From: an uncultured delta proteobacterium
GTDB taxonomy: Bacteria > Desulfobacterota > Binatia > Binatales > Binataceae
Assembly (NCBI GenBank): GCA_963724765.1
Contig: CAVRVY010000003.1
Span: forward strand, 608,001 to 672,000
Direction of reading: 5' to 3'
DNA: 64,000 nt
A program made the translations under genes and the position numbers. The notes under the pieces are model-generated. The model saw nothing but the letters and a program-made list of their open reading frames with translations. It did no database searches and had not been told where the DNA came from. Below are positions 1 through 10,466 of this stretch, piece after piece (position 1 is the first letter of the stretch; each line of letters starts with the position of its first letter).

Positions 1-1
1 G

Positions 2-694
2 GCGCGACTGTTTCGCCCCTTCACCCGCATCTACTCGTTCTTCGCCGCCGACGACGAGCGCTTTCGCCGCGCACTCGAAGCGGCCGCCGCGCCCGCCGCC
101 GTCAGCTTCCACGCCTTTCGTCCCGCGAGCACGGGCCACGTCGCCTCCGGTTACCTAGAAGAGATAGGCGAGCGCACCGCGCCGCTCGACGCACATGTCG
201 ACGTGCTTGCGGACGATATCGCCGAGGCGAAGCAAGCTCTCGCCCGTCTCGGCCTCGTCGATAGGCGCGTCGTGCTGGTCTTCCCCGGCAGCGGAAGCCC
301 GCATAAGAACTGGCCCGCGGAAAGCTTCGCTGCCCTGGCCAGCGCGCTCCCGCAGCCGATGCGAGCGCTGGTCGTGCTAGGCCCGGCGGAAGGTGCGATC
401 GAGGCGGTCCTGATACCACTCCTGGCCGCACGCGGGATTGCGTGGCTTCGCGATCAACCGCTCAGCACTCTCTCCGGGTTGGCGCGCCTCGCAGCCGACT
501 TCGTCGGCAATGATTCGGGCGTGTCGCATCTCGCGGCCGCCGCCGGCGCGCCTGGAGTCGCGATTTTCGGGCCGACGGATCCTGACCGATGGCGTCCGCT
601 CGGACGGGTCAGAATTCTGCGGGCTCAGAAGCTCGCCGACCTGACGATCGCCGAGGTGGCGTCGGCGCTGAACGAAATGATCGATGGGCCGTGA
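2..694 (+). CDS. Glycosyltransferase family 9 (heptosyltransferase-like), 5'-partial
   Basis: Frame open from position 2; GT9 motifs PGSGSPHKNWP, FVGNDSGVSHLAAAAGAPGVAIFGPT. Confidence 0.85.
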   Translation, partial: ARLFRPFTRIYSFFAADDERFRRALEAAAAPAAVSFHAFRPASTGHVASGYLEEIGERTAPLDAHVDVLADDIAEAKQALARLGLVDRRVVLVFPGSGSPHKNWPAESFAALASALPQPMRALVVLGPAEGAIEAVLIPLLAARGIAWLRDQPLSTLSGLARLAADFVGNDSGVSHLAAAAGAPGVAIFGPTDPDRWRPLGRVRILRAQKLADLTIAEVASALNEMIDGP

Positions 695-746
695 AGAAAG
701 CGTTGGCGCTCGAATTTTGCCCACTGCCAGCTCGTCGCGCCAGGGC

Positions 747-778
747 ACAGGACCAGCGTACAGGACCAGAGTACAGGA
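747..778. repeat. 13-bp tandem repeat, about 2.5 copies (ACAGGACCAGMGT)
   Basis: acaggaccagcgt-acaggaccagagt-acagga in the intergenic region upstream of htpX. Confidence 0.6.
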
Positions 779-947
779 AATGACGGATGCTACCCGGGCT
801 ATAAATGGTTACATTCGACCTTGAGCAATGGGCGCGTTGACTGCAAAAATTGCCCGGCGTAGCCTCTAACAGGTCGAGCATTTTCGGCCCATGACATGCT
901 GAAATGCCTTTGATTTTCTGGAGTTTTTTACCTCCCGCAAGGAATCT

Positions 948-1808
948 ATGCGCAGCGCCATCAAGACCACCATACTGCTCGGCGCCCTGACCGGGCTCCT
1001 GATACTTATAGGAGGCGTGTTCGGCGGACGAAGCGGCGCCGAAATCGCCTTCGTCATCGCGCTGGCGATGAATTTCTTCAGCTACTGGTTCTCGGACAAG
1101 ATGGTGCTGAAGGCTTACAACGCGCAGGAGCTCGACGCCGCCGCCGCGCCTGAGCTTTACTCGATCGTCCAGGAGCTGGCGCAGGAGGCGCATATCCCGG
1201 TGCCCCGGATGTATCTCATCGACACCGACACGCCTAACGCCTTCGCCACCGGCCGCAATCCCCATCACGCCGCCGTCGCCGTGACGCGCGGGATTCTGCG
1301 AATTTGCAGCCGCGACGAGCTCAAGGGCGTGCTCGGACACGAGCTTTCCCACGTGATCAATCGCGACATCCTGACCAGCTCGATTGCGGCGACGCTGGCC
1401 GGCGCGATCATGATCCTGGCTTCGATGGCGCGATGGGGCGCGATTTTCGGCGGCTTCGGCGGCGACGACGACCGGCGCGGCGGCATGGTCGAGCTGCTGC
1501 TGATGGCGTTTCTGGCGCCGCTTGCGGCGACGATGATCCAGCTCGCGGTGTCGCGCACGCGCGAGTACCAGGCCGACGCCAGCGGTGCTCGTCTCACTCA
1601 TCATCCGCTCTTCCTCGCCGGCGCGCTGCGCAAGCTGGAGGCCGCCAACGAGCGCATGCCGATGGACGCCGGGCCTGCCACGGCCCATCTGTTTATCGTC
1701 AATCCGCTGAACGCAAAGGGCCTGATGAGCAAGCTCTTTTCAACCCATCCGCCGCTCGAGGAGCGCGTCCGGCGCCTTGAGCACATGGCGAGCACAGAGG
1801 TGGTCTAG
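948..1808 (+). CDS. htpX: Zinc metalloprotease HtpX (M48)
   Basis: [15 protein letters not shown] (HExxH), [16 protein letters not shown] motifs. Confidence 0.95.
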   Translation: MRSAIKTTILLGALTGLLILIGGVFGGRSGAEIAFVIALAMNFFSYWFSDKMVLKAYNAQELDAAAAPELYSIVQELAQEAHIPVPRMYLIDTDTPNAFATGRNPHHAAVAVTRGILRICSRDELKGVLGHELSHVINRDILTSSIAATLAGAIMILASMARWGAIFGGFGGDDDRRGGMVELLLMAFLAPLAATMIQLAVSRTREYQADASGARLTHHPLFLAGALRKLEAANERMPMDAGPATAHLFIVNPLNAKGLMSKLFSTHPPLEERVRRLEHMASTEVV

Positions 1809-1812
1809 TCAG

Positions 1813-2376
1813 ATGGCATCCGAGGACGAGAGCTCCAAGGGCTTCAAAATTCAGGACCGGCGGCGGTTTTCGGCCGAGGGCGATCTGAAGCCCGAGTTCA
1901 GCGGCGCCGAAGAGCCGGTGGCGGCGAAGCCCGAAACGCCGCGTGCCGGCGGCCCACCTCACGGCGCCGGGGCACACCCGTCGGCCCAACAACAACCATC
2001 AGCGCCCGTCCAGCAGCAAGCGGCGGCCTCTCAGCCGCAGCAGGCGGCGGCGGCGAAGGGCTACGCCGCCGCGCGATCGGCGGTCGCCGCCGAGGGGAAT
2101 CCGTCTGAAGCCGGCGAGGAGACGGGCGAGATTAGCTTCGGCGCCTTCCTGATGAGCCTCTCGACCGAAGCCCTGGTGCATCTGGGCGAGATGGCCGACC
2201 CCTCCAGCGGTCAGGAACAGCGCGACCTCGCGATGGCGCAGCAGCTCATCGATATCCTCGGGATGTTGCGGGACAAAACGCGGGGCAACCTCGATCATGA
2301 CGAGCAAGCCTTGCTCGACGCGATTCTCTTTGACCTCAGAATGAAATACGTTGAGATCGCTCGCCGGAACGGCTGA
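1813..2376 (+). CDS. DUF1844 domain protein
   Basis: GFKIQDRRRF N-terminus; C-terminal AQQLIDILGMLRDKTRGNL...LFDLRMKYV pattern. Confidence 0.8.
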   Translation: MASEDESSKGFKIQDRRRFSAEGDLKPEFSGAEEPVAAKPETPRAGGPPHGAGAHPSAQQQPSAPVQQQAAASQPQQAAAAKGYAAARSAVAAEGNPSEAGEETGEISFGAFLMSLSTEALVHLGEMADPSSGQEQRDLAMAQQLIDILGMLRDKTRGNLDHDEQALLDAILFDLRMKYVEIARRNG

Positions 2377-2403
2377 TTCGCCTGGGTCCGGGTCAGCGCG
2401 CGA

Positions 2404-3876
2404 ATGCCTTCGAAGTTCGGGAACGTCGCTATCCTTTGTTTCGCGGCGCTGATGCTGCTGTGGTGCGGCCCGGCGGCGCCGCGCGCCTTCGGCGATCAAT
2501 TCTGGCACGAGCTTACGTCGTCGCACGCGGCCAAGGCCGAGACGTTGCCTGATTTCGTCGCGCTGGCCGATAAACTGGGGCCCTCCGTGGTCAATATCTC
2601 CACCGAGCAGGCCGGGCCGGCCGCCTCCGAGGGCGAGGGCGGCAGCGAAGGCGGAGGGGGTGAAGGCGGCGGCAGCGAAGGGGGCGGCAACGAGCCGTTC
2701 AACGAGTTCGGTGAGCCGTTTGGCGAGCCGCACGGCCGCAGCCTCGGCTCCGGCTTCATCATCAATGCCGCCGGCTACATCCTGACCAACGATCACGTGA
2801 TCGAAAACGGCCGCGAGATCATCGTCACCACGATGGACGGTAATCAGTACAAGGCTTCGGTGACCGGGCGCGACGCCAAGACCGACATCGCGCTGCTGAA
2901 AATAAATGTGAGGCACGATTTGCCGGTGGCGCCACTCGGCGACTCCGACGAGGTGAAAGTAGGTCAGTGGGTGATGACCATCGGTGACCCGTTCGGCTTC
3001 GATCATACCGTCACCGCCGGCATCGTCAGCGCCAAGGGCCGCTTCATCCCTGGCAACTACGACGAGTTCATCCAGACCGACGCCGCGATCAACCCGGGCA
3101 ACTCGGGTGGTCCGCTGATCAACGTCCGCGGCGAGGTGGTGGGCGTGAACTCGGCGATTTTCACCCGCACCGGCTCCAACACCGGCATCGGTTTCGCCAT
3201 CCCCGTCAACCTGGTCAAGGAAGAGCTGCCGCAACTGCGCGAGCACGGCAAGGTGGTGCGCGGATGGCTCGGAATCTACGTGCAGCGGGTGACACCGGCG
3301 ATCGCCGACTCGATGGGGCTGGAGGAGCCGCGCGGCGCGCTGGTCGCCGAGGTGCTGAACGAGGGGCCGGCTAAGAGCGCCGGGGTCAAGCGGGGCGACG
3401 TGATCGCGGCCTACAACGGCACGCCGATCGAGGACTCACGCGAATTGCCGCTGATGGTCGCGCGCACGCCGCTCGGCCATAGCGCCACGCTCAGAATCGT
3501 ACGCGACAGAAAGTACCTGGAAATTCCGGTCACGATTACCGCCTCGCGCGAGACCCACGTCGCCGCGGCCGCCAGGCAGCTAATTAAAGGCTCCTCGCCG
3601 TTCGGCCTCACCGTCAAGGACCTCGACTCCGGGCTCGCGCATGAAATGGGGCTGGGCCAGAGCAAGGGCGTAGTGGTGTATTCGGTGCAGCCCGGCAGCT
3701 CGGCCGACGCGGCCGGTATGCGCTCGCGCGACATCATCGTGGAGGTCAACCGCCAGGGTGTCGGCAACGTTGACGCCTACGAGCGCGCGATCAAGTCGGG
3801 CGGTGGCAAGGCGGTGCTGCTCCTGATCAAGCGTCACAACAACACCGTCTTCGTGCCGCTCGAACCGGAGGGCTAG
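2404..3876 (+). CDS. Do/DegP-DegQ family serine endopeptidase with two PDZ domains
   Basis: Signal peptide; LTNDHVI, DIALL, TDAAINPGNSGGPL catalytic triad; PDZ RGWLGI. Confidence 0.95.
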   Translation: MPSKFGNVAILCFAALMLLWCGPAAPRAFGDQFWHELTSSHAAKAETLPDFVALADKLGPSVVNISTEQAGPAASEGEGGSEGGGGEGGGSEGGGNEPFNEFGEPFGEPHGRSLGSGFIINAAGYILTNDHVIENGREIIVTTMDGNQYKASVTGRDAKTDIALLKINVRHDLPVAPLGDSDEVKVGQWVMTIGDPFGFDHTVTAGIVSAKGRFIPGNYDEFIQTDAAINPGNSGGPLINVRGEVVGVNSAIFTRTGSNTGIGFAIPVNLVKEELPQLREHGKVVRGWLGIYVQRVTPAIADSMGLEEPRGALVAEVLNEGPAKSAGVKRGDVIAAYNGTPIEDSRELPLMVARTPLGHSATLRIVRDRKYLEIPVTITASRETHVAAAARQLIKGSSPFGLTVKDLDSGLAHEMGLGQSKGVVVYSVQPGSSADAAGMRSRDIIVEVNRQGVGNVDAYERAIKSGGGKAVLLLIKRHNNTVFVPLEPEG

Positions 3877-3941
3877 ACGATGCGCGGCTGCGAGTATGCG
3901 CCGGGCGGAGACGCACGGACGGCTGAGCGCCTTTGGCCGCG

Positions 3942-6329
3942 ATGAAACTCGCGCTCAAAATAATCCTGCTCAGCGTGTGCGCGATCCTGCTGTTCGCCCT
4001 GCCTCCGGCGATCTACGAGTTCCTGAGCTACTACCACGCGCTGGAGAATGAAGTCGTAACGCGCTTCTCCGGCAAACGTTGGGATATTCCCTCGCGCATC
4101 TACTCGGATTCCTGCTTCGTCTATCCGGGGCAGAGCCTCGATGACCTGGGCTTCTTCCAGCGCCTGGCGCGCCTGAACTACCATCGCGTCGCCCCGGGCC
4201 AGATTGCTTCGCGCGGCGAGTACTCGCTCGATGAAAGGAAGCATCGGCTGGCCGTTTTCCTGCACAGCTTCGCCTATCCTTATTCCGAGTTCCCGGGCGA
4301 GGCGGTCGAAATGACCCTGGGGCCGCATAACACGGTGCTCGCGATGCGCGATCCGCTCGGCGGCAAGGCGCTCTTCTCCGCGGAGCTCGAGCCGGAGCTG
4401 ATCAGCGGCATTTTCCAGGGTAGCTGGCAGCAACGGCGCCTGGTGCCGCTCGCGCAGATTCCGCCCGCCTTCATCGACGCGATTCTCGCCGCCGAGGACC
4501 ATCGCTTCTACGAGCATCACGGCATCGACCTGATCCGTATCGTCAAGGCCGCCTGGATCGACTTCACCGCGCATCGCGTCCGTCAGGGCGGCTCGACTCT
4601 GACCCAGCAGTTGATGAAGAACTTCTTTCTGACCAGCAAGCGTGACTGGCGGCGCAAGGCCAAAGAGGCGCTGATGGCGTATATCGCCGAGCGCCAGTAT
4701 TCCAAGGACCAGATCCTGGAAAACTACATCAACGACATCTACCTCGGGCAGCGTGGTCAGGAGGGAATCTACGGGGTGTGGGAGGCCTCTGAGTTTTACT
4801 TCTCCAAAGAGCCACGCGATCTGACGATCGGTGAGATGGCGACGATCGCGGGGATGATAAGCTCGCCCAACCGTCTCAACCCGCTGCATCATCCACAACT
4901 CGCCGAGCAGCGGCGCAATGAAGTGCTGGGCCTGATGCTCGCCGACGGCTATATCAGCAAGGCCGCCTATGACAGCGCCGCCACCGAACCGCTACATCCA
5001 CGCGAGGTCTTCGTCGAAAACAACGACGCACCCTACTTCGTCGACTACGTCAAGCGCGAGCTGGCCGAGCGCTATCCGCCCAACGTGCTGACCGGCGAGG
5101 GCTTGAGAGTTTTCACCTCGCTCGACGTGCATGCGCAGAAGCTCGCCGAGAAGGCGGTGCGCGACAACCTCGACTACCTCGAGCGGCGCTACCCCTCGCT
5201 GCGGCGCAAGGAAAAGAAGGATCAGCTCGAAGAGGCGCTGATCGCGGTCGAGCCGCAAAGCGGCAAAATTCGCGTGATGGTGGGCGGGCGCGACTACCGC
5301 GAAAGCCAGTTCGACCGTATCACCCAGGCCGAGCGCCAGCCGGGCTCGGCCTTCAAGCCCATCACCTACCTGGCCGCGCTGCAGGAAACGCTCGAGGGCG
5401 GCCCCGAACATTTTCTGCCGACCTCTTATATTGAAGACACGCCGTTCACGTGGACCTACGGCGACATGAGCTGGAGCCCCAAGAACTACAAGGACCGCTA
5501 CTTCGGCCGGGTCACCCTGGAGTTCGCGCTGGAGGAGTCGCTCAACTCGGCGACCTCCCGCCTGGCCAACCAGATCGGATTGGACCGGGTGCGTGCGATG
5601 GCCGAAAAAATGGGCTTTGGCGACCTGCCCGCCTACCCCTCGATCGTGCTGGGCGGAATCGAGGTCACGCCGATGCAGATCGCGCAGGCCTATTCGATCA
5701 TGGCCGACTATGGGCTCGACGTGCAGTCCTACGCGGTCACGGCGGTGGTCGATCAGAGCGGCAAGGTGATCGAGGGCCACGAACTGCAGGCGAGCCAGGT
5801 GCTCTCGCCGCAACTCGCCTACATGATCGACTTCATGCTCGAACAGGTCATCAACCATGGCACCGGCGAGGGCGCGCGCAAGCGCGGCTTCAGCCGCCCC
5901 GCGGCGGGCAAAACCGGCACCACCAACGACTCCAAGGACGCCTGGTTCACCGGCTTCACGCCCAACCTGCTCGCGGTCGTGTGGACTGGCTTCGATCAGA
6001 GGGAAGTGCTGGGACTCACCGGCGCCGAGGCCTCGCTGCCGGCCTGGACCGATTTCATGAAGGCCGCAACGGCTTCGCGTCCGCCGCTGGACTTCGCCCC
6101 GCCGCCCGGTATCTTGGTGGAGAAGGTTGACCCGCTGACCGGCTACCTGGCGGGGCCGAATTGTCCGGTGGTATTGGAGGGAGCGTTCCCGGCGGACCTC
6201 GCGCCGACGCAAATCTGCCCGTTTCATGCCCGGGGCGGCACCACCACCGCCGCCGTCAATTCCGCAACGCCTGGCGCGCCGTCAACAGGGGCCAACTGGG
6301 AACGCTTGCCGAGCGACCCTAACGACTGA
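3942..6329 (+). CDS. mrcB: Bifunctional penicillin-binding protein, PBP1B type
   Basis: UB2H-like region after the TM; EDHRFYEHHG, QGGSTLTQQL, PGSAFK, SLN, KTGT motifs. Confidence 0.88.
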   Translation: MKLALKIILLSVCAILLFALPPAIYEFLSYYHALENEVVTRFSGKRWDIPSRIYSDSCFVYPGQSLDDLGFFQRLARLNYHRVAPGQIASRGEYSLDERKHRLAVFLHSFAYPYSEFPGEAVEMTLGPHNTVLAMRDPLGGKALFSAELEPELISGIFQGSWQQRRLVPLAQIPPAFIDAILAAEDHRFYEHHGIDLIRIVKAAWIDFTAHRVRQGGSTLTQQLMKNFFLTSKRDWRRKAKEALMAYIAERQYSKDQILENYINDIYLGQRGQEGIYGVWEASEFYFSKEPRDLTIGEMATIAGMISSPNRLNPLHHPQLAEQRRNEVLGLMLADGYISKAAYDSAATEPLHPREVFVENNDAPYFVDYVKRELAERYPPNVLTGEGLRVFTSLDVHAQKLAEKAVRDNLDYLERRYPSLRRKEKKDQLEEALIAVEPQSGKIRVMVGGRDYRESQFDRITQAERQPGSAFKPITYLAALQETLEGGPEHFLPTSYIEDTPFTWTYGDMSWSPKNYKDRYFGRVTLEFALEESLNSATSRLANQIGLDRVRAMAEKMGFGDLPAYPSIVLGGIEVTPMQIAQAYSIMADYGLDVQSYAVTAVVDQSGKVIEGHELQASQVLSPQLAYMIDFMLEQVINHGTGEGARKRGFSRPAAGKTGTTNDSKDAWFTGFTPNLLAVVWTGFDQREVLGLTGAEASLPAWTDFMKAATASRPPLDFAPPPGILVEKVDPLTGYLAGPNCPVVLEGAFPADLAPTQICPFHARGGTTTAAVNSATPGAPSTGANWERLPSDPND

Positions 6330-7666
6330 TGAGAATTGATCCAGAACTCGCGCGGCTGGCCGTATCGAGGCGCGCCGCGCCAATCGCGCTGACGTGCCTG
6401 CTGGCGCTGGCGGGCTTCGCGTGCCCTGTGGAGGCTGCCGGCACGGCCGCCTCCCCAGGGCACGCGGTCGTGGCGACCGCGTCGCTTACGAGCGCGCCAC
6501 GCTACGGTGGCGCCGGAACCTTCGGCTCCGGCGCCACCGTAGCGCTCGAAGAGCAGAGCCTGCCGCCGGAGGACCTGCCGTCTCCGACGGCATCTCCGGC
6601 GGCCTCCCCGGCGCCATCGTTCGCACAGCCTTCGGGCTCGCAGAGCCCGAGCGGCGCGCAGGGTGACGGTAGTGGAAACGGCGCGCAAGCGCCGGCGCCA
6701 CCCGCAACGACGTCTGCGCCGGCGGCGCAAGCGTCGCCGGCGAGCGACGACGAGGGCGCCCGTGAATGGACGCGTATGCCGGCCACGGCCGGCAGTTCGT
6801 CCGGCTCGTCCGGCGTTCCTGATGCGGGCGGCGCGGGCGCGGCGACGGGAACTCCCGATGCGGCAGGCGCGGCGACGGGCGCGCCCGATGCGGCGGCGGG
6901 CGCGCCCGTCGCCGACGAGCCAGCACCCGAGGCCACGCCCACCGACGCGCCGCCGCCATACGACGTCGGTTCCGTACAACCAACCGCGCCGGTGAGCGAC
7001 CAGCCGCTCACCGGGCTCATCGCCGGCACCAAGGATCAGCCGGCGCTCAACGCCTCGTTGCGTTTCGCCGAGGATGGGCGCAAGGCGCTCGAAGCTTCCA
7101 AGCCCGACGACGCGATCCGCGATCTCGGCCGCGCGATTTCGATCGATCCGACCGATCCCTACGCCTACTTCTATCTCGGCCGCGCCTACATGCTAAAAAA
7201 AGACTATCCTCAAGCGCTCGCGTTTTTTGGCCGCTCCGAGGTCGGAGTACGCACGGTGCCCGCATGGCTTGGCGAGGTCAAAAGCTTCGAGGGCGCGTGT
7301 CTTGAGGAGCAAGGCAAATTTCCCCAGGCGGCCGCGGCCTACAGGCAGGCGCTCGACGTCGCGCCGGGTAACCTGATGGCGCGCACCGGATACGGCCGGC
7401 TGAGCGAGAGCCTCTCCGATGCGAATGCCGGCAGCGCGGAGCCGCCGCCACCACCGCTCGACGGTGCCGCACTTCCAGCGCCCCAAGTCGACTTGGCCGC
7501 GCCCGCCCCGGCCGAAGCGGCGCCGCCCCCGGCCCAATCAGATCAGACCGATCAGTCTGATACGGGTGCTGATTCGGGAGCCGATACGGGTGACGACTCA
7601 GGCACTGATTCGACCGGCTCTGCCGCCAGCCGGAGCAACGGCGCGGGTGCGCAAGGCAACCAGTGA
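6329..7666 (+). CDS. Exported TPR protein with long Pro/Ala-rich disordered linker
   Basis: Hydrophobic N-terminal signal; TPR-like helices (AISIDPTDPYAYFYLGRAY); start overlaps the PBP stop. Confidence 0.75.
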   Translation: MRIDPELARLAVSRRAAPIALTCLLALAGFACPVEAAGTAASPGHAVVATASLTSAPRYGGAGTFGSGATVALEEQSLPPEDLPSPTASPAASPAPSFAQPSGSQSPSGAQGDGSGNGAQAPAPPATTSAPAAQASPASDDEGAREWTRMPATAGSSSGSSGVPDAGGAGAATGTPDAAGAATGAPDAAAGAPVADEPAPEATPTDAPPPYDVGSVQPTAPVSDQPLTGLIAGTKDQPALNASLRFAEDGRKALEASKPDDAIRDLGRAISIDPTDPYAYFYLGRAYMLKKDYPQALAFFGRSEVGVRTVPAWLGEVKSFEGACLEEQGKFPQAAAAYRQALDVAPGNLMARTGYGRLSESLSDANAGSAEPPPPPLDGAALPAPQVDLAAPAPAEAAPPPAQSDQTDQSDTGADSGADTGDDSGTDSTGSAASRSNGAGAQGNQ

Positions 7667-7678
7667 AGCAGTGAAGCA

Positions 7679-8683
7679 ATGCTGATTCTGGGAATCGAGT
7701 CCTCGTGCGACGACGCGGCCGCGGCGGTTATCGAGACAGCGCGCCCCGGCGTCGCTGCCATCCGCTCAAGCGTCATCGCCAATCAGGACGAGATCCATCG
7801 CCGCTACGGCGGCGTCGTTCCGGAACTGGCCTCGCGCAATCACGTCGTCACCATCCTGCCCGTGATCGAGCAGGCGCTGGAGGCGGCTGGATGCGCGCTC
7901 GGCGACATCGGCGCAATAGCGGTGACCCGCGGTCCGGGACTGGTCGGCTCGCTGCTGGTCGGCCTGATGTGCGCCAAAGGGCTCGCGCAGAGCCTCGGCA
8001 TCGCGTTTGTCGGGGTGAACCACATTGAAGGACACCTGCTCGCGCCGATGCTGGAGCATCGCCTTGCGATGCCGTTTCTCGCGCTGGTCGTATCGGGCGG
8101 GCATACCGAGCTCTTTGTGGTCGAAGACTTCGGCCGCTATCGCCGATTAGGCCGCACGCGCGACGACGCCGCCGGCGAGGCGTTCGACAAGGTGGCGAAG
8201 CTGATGGGCCTCGGCTATCCGGGCGGCCGGATAATCGACGAGCTTGCGCGGCAGGGGAACCGCAAGCGCGTGCGCTTTCCGCGCGCCCACGTACGCGGCG
8301 CGCCGCTCGACTTCAGTTTCAGCGGAGTGAAGACCGCCGTCGCAACGCTGTTGCGCACCGAGGCCGGCGCCGCGGCCTCGCGCGAAGATCTCGCGGCGAG
8401 CTTCCAGGAGGCGGTGGTCGACATGCTGGTTGTGCCGGCGCTGCACGCAGCGCGCGAGACCGGCATCGAGGTGATCGCGCTCACCGGCGGCGTCGCCGCC
8501 AACTCGCGCTTGCGCGAGCGCCTCACCGAGGCGGCGGCGGCGCAAGGCCGCGAGGTCATCGCGCCGTCGCTCAAGTTCTGCACCGACAATGCAGCGATGA
8601 TCGCGATGGCCGGAAGTTATCGGCTGTTGCGCGGCGAGCGCGACTCGCTAGGTATCGACGCCGAAGCCGCCCTCATCCTGTAG
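7679..8683 (+). CDS. tsaD: tRNA threonylcarbamoyltransferase TsaD
   Basis: LGIESSCDD, GGVVPELASRNH, NHIEGH, VSGGHT, CTDNAAMIA. Confidence 0.97.
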   Translation: MLILGIESSCDDAAAAVIETARPGVAAIRSSVIANQDEIHRRYGGVVPELASRNHVVTILPVIEQALEAAGCALGDIGAIAVTRGPGLVGSLLVGLMCAKGLAQSLGIAFVGVNHIEGHLLAPMLEHRLAMPFLALVVSGGHTELFVVEDFGRYRRLGRTRDDAAGEAFDKVAKLMGLGYPGGRIIDELARQGNRKRVRFPRAHVRGAPLDFSFSGVKTAVATLLRTEAGAAASREDLAASFQEAVVDMLVVPALHAARETGIEVIALTGGVAANSRLRERLTEAAAAQGREVIAPSLKFCTDNAAMIAMAGSYRLLRGERDSLGIDAEAALIL

Positions 8684-8696
8684 GCGCGGCCAGACG

Positions 8697-9629
8697 ATGG
8701 GGACGCCGCGAGTGATACACCCTGGACGCTCCGGAGCCGCGAGCCGCACGTCGCCGTTCGCGGTCGCCGCCGAGCTCGAGGCCGCCGGCGTGCGGCCGCG
8801 CAAATCGCGCGGCCAGAATTTCCTGGTGCAGCCGGCCATCGCCGACCGGATCGTCGCCGCGGCCACAATCGCGCCCGGCGACGAAGTGGTCGAGATCGGC
8901 CCCGGCCTGGGCATCCTGAGCGACAAGATTCTGCGCGCCGGAGTGCGCCGGCTATGGCTGCTCGAACTCGACGCGCGGCTCGCGGAGCGGCTCGAGCACG
9001 CGTTTGCCGGACATCCCGCCGTGCGCGTGATCTGCCGCGACTTTCTCGAAGTCGAGCTTGCGGAACTGGTCGAGCGGCCGCCGGTCAAGGTGATCGGCAA
9101 TCTGCCGTTCAACGCGGCTGCGGCGATCCTGCGCCGGCTCGACGAGATGCGCGCAGCGATCGGGTCGATGGTCCTGATGTTCCAGCGCGAGGTCGCCGAG
9201 CGTATTCGCGCGCGTGCGGGCGAGCGCGCGTACTCGGCGCTGAGTGTTTTTACCGCGCTCTATTGGGAGACGAGCGACCATTTCCGCGTCGCCGCCGGCA
9301 ACTTCCGTCCCGCGCCGCGCGTCGATGCGGAAGTTATCGTCTTCACGCCGCACGCGCGGGCGCCGTTTGCGCCCGCCGACGAGGCTGCGCTGCTCGGCGC
9401 AATTCGCGCCGCGTTTTCGGCCCCGCGCAAGACCATCCGCAACGCGCTCACCCGCGCGCTCGACGCCGCGCCTGAAGCCATAGCCGACGCACTTGCGCGC
9501 GCCGCCATCGATCACGCCGCGCGGCCCGCCACGCTCTCGCTCGCCGACTTCGTGCGCCTGGCCGACGCGCTCAAACGCGCAGGCGCGATCGCGACTGCGG
9601 CGGCGGCGACGGAGCCCCGCGATGCCTGA
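8697..9629 (+). CDS. rsmA: 16S rRNA adenine dimethyltransferase RsmA/KsgA
   Basis: GQNFL, VEIGPGLG, IGNLPFN, MFQREVAER. Confidence 0.95.
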   Translation: MGTPRVIHPGRSGAASRTSPFAVAAELEAAGVRPRKSRGQNFLVQPAIADRIVAAATIAPGDEVVEIGPGLGILSDKILRAGVRRLWLLELDARLAERLEHAFAGHPAVRVICRDFLEVELAELVERPPVKVIGNLPFNAAAAILRRLDEMRAAIGSMVLMFQREVAERIRARAGERAYSALSVFTALYWETSDHFRVAAGNFRPAPRVDAEVIVFTPHARAPFAPADEAALLGAIRAAFSAPRKTIRNALTRALDAAPEAIADALARAAIDHAARPATLSLADFVRLADALKRAGAIATAAAATEPRDA

Positions 9630-10455
9630 GCTGCCCGAGGTCGAATCGCTCCGGCGAATCCTTGCGCGAACGGCGGTCGGCCGCACCATCGAGCGCGCGC
9701 GCGTCGCGGAGCCGCGTCTGCGGCGTAATGTGGCGAACGATTTTGCGGCCGGCGTCGAAGGCCGGCGCATCGAGCGCCTGGGCCGCCGCGCCAAGTATCT
9801 CATCATCGAGCTTAGCGACGGCGCCGCGATGATCGTGCATCTGGGGATGAGCGGCAGTCTGACTCATCGCGGCAAGGATTTCGACGACGCCGAATTCGCC
9901 GCGCGCCACGACCACGTCGAATTCGCGCTCGACGACCGCACCCGCCTGGTCTACAACGACCCGCGCCGCTTCGGACTGATCCGGCTGGTCGCACGCGGGG
10001 AACTCGCCGCGGCGCCCGAGCTGGCCGGGCTCGGTCCCGAGCCGCTCAGCGCCGCCTTCAATGGGGAGTACCTGGCGCGGACGGCCCGCGGCCGGCGCGC
10101 CGCGATCAAGAACCTCATCATGGATCAGCGGATCGTCGCCGGAATCGGCAATATCTATGCCTCCGAAATCCTGTTCCGCGCGCGAGTGCGGCCGACGCGC
10201 CGCGCCGCGAAGGTCACGCGCAAGGAGATCGAACGCATCGTCGCCGAGACCGCGCCTGTTCTGCGCGCGGCGATCGGCAGCCGCGGCACCACTTTTCGCA
10301 GCTATCGCGACTCGGAGGGACAGCCGGGACGATTCGCTGAGCGCCTGATGGTCTATGGGCGCGAGGGCGAGCCGTGCCGCGTGTGCAAAAGCGCGATTCG
10401 CAACGTGACGGTCGGCCAACGCGCGAGCTTTTTCTGCCCGCACTGCCAGCGCTGA
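9622..10455 (+). CDS. mutM: Formamidopyrimidine-DNA glycosylase
   Basis: MPELPEVE start, HLGMSG, GIGNIYASE, C-terminal zinc finger. Confidence 0.97.
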   Translation: MPELPEVESLRRILARTAVGRTIERARVAEPRLRRNVANDFAAGVEGRRIERLGRRAKYLIIELSDGAAMIVHLGMSGSLTHRGKDFDDAEFAARHDHVEFALDDRTRLVYNDPRRFGLIRLVARGELAAAPELAGLGPEPLSAAFNGEYLARTARGRRAAIKNLIMDQRIVAGIGNIYASEILFRARVRPTRRAAKVTRKEIERIVAETAPVLRAAIGSRGTTFRSYRDSEGQPGRFAERLMVYGREGEPCRVCKSAIRNVTVGQRASFFCPHCQR

Positions 10456-10466
10456 GCCGCAACCCG

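Noticed and set aside
2628-2690. EGGGS-like linker in the Do protease resembling filamentous phage pIII
   Set aside because: Low-complexity loop inside an intact chromosomal gene with no phage context.
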